Origin: Chiloscyllium plagiosum | Taxonomy: Eukaryota | Direction: 5' to 3' | Length of the DNA stretch: 20,000 nucleotides | Assembly: GCF_004010195.1 (NCBI RefSeq) | Contig: NC_057752.1 | Location: forward strand, 948,523-968,522 | Shown here: piece by piece, positions 19,768 through 20,000 of the stretch | How the letters are laid out: each line of letters begins with the position of its first letter | How positions within the stretch are numbered: position 1 is the stretch's first letter | Translations under genes and position numbers: made by a program | The notes under the pieces: model-generated | What the model was told of the DNA's origin: nothing | What the model saw: only the letters and a program-made list of their open reading frames with translations | Database searches by the model: none

Positions 19768-20000
19768 AGGTGGATTGAGTATGAGAAAGAAGGGAAAGTC
19801 TCAGATACAGTCACATAGATGGGTTAACTCCAGGAAGGGTGAGAGAGGTCGGCACCTAGAGCAGGAGTCTTTTGTGGATATACCCATTTCAAACAGGTAT
19901 GCTGTTTTGGAAAATGTAAGGGGTGAAGGATTCTTAGGGGAACGTAGAACAAACAGCCAAGTTTCTGGTATTGAGACTGGCTCTAATGCAACGAGGGGTA
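19768..20000 (+). mobile_element. CR1 ORF1 fragment running off the window edge
   Basis: Stop-free frame from 19781: MRKKGKSQIQSHRWVNSRKGERGRHLEQESFVDIPISNRYAVLENVRGEG... The WV..RK and IP.SNRY.VL motifs are typical of the linker before the esterase domain of CR1 ORF1. Confidence 0.7.

Overview
Repeat-dense, non-coding vertebrate DNA, very probably cartilaginous fish (shark-type HE1/V-SINEs and CR1, L2 and Penelope-like repeats, recognised from memory rather than by database search). It reads as intron sequence of a large gene on the minus strand. I can support only one host coding candidate, an 84-nt phase-1/phase-1 exon at 10969-11052, plus an unusual AG|GTGAGT splice junction about 265 nt downstream. 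Most ORFs in the track are chance or decayed retrotransposon frames. The most interesting system is a set of six short Penelope-like (PLE) insertions, five with 12-15 bp target-site duplications (TSDs). Most have a tail-bearing arm plus a tail-less inverted arm, and all carry minimal type I hammerhead ribozyme (HHR) motifs or remnants. One HHR (15921-15955, minus) has a fully intact core. In another PLE hairpin the apex is replaced by a 193-bp inverted copy of neighbouring unique DNA (2437-2629 = reverse complement of 3053-3245), with junction microhomology and a 95-bp perfect core. Also present are a degenerate 45-46 bp minisatellite retaining TGATAA motifs, several nested LINE/SINE insertions and two assembly gaps.
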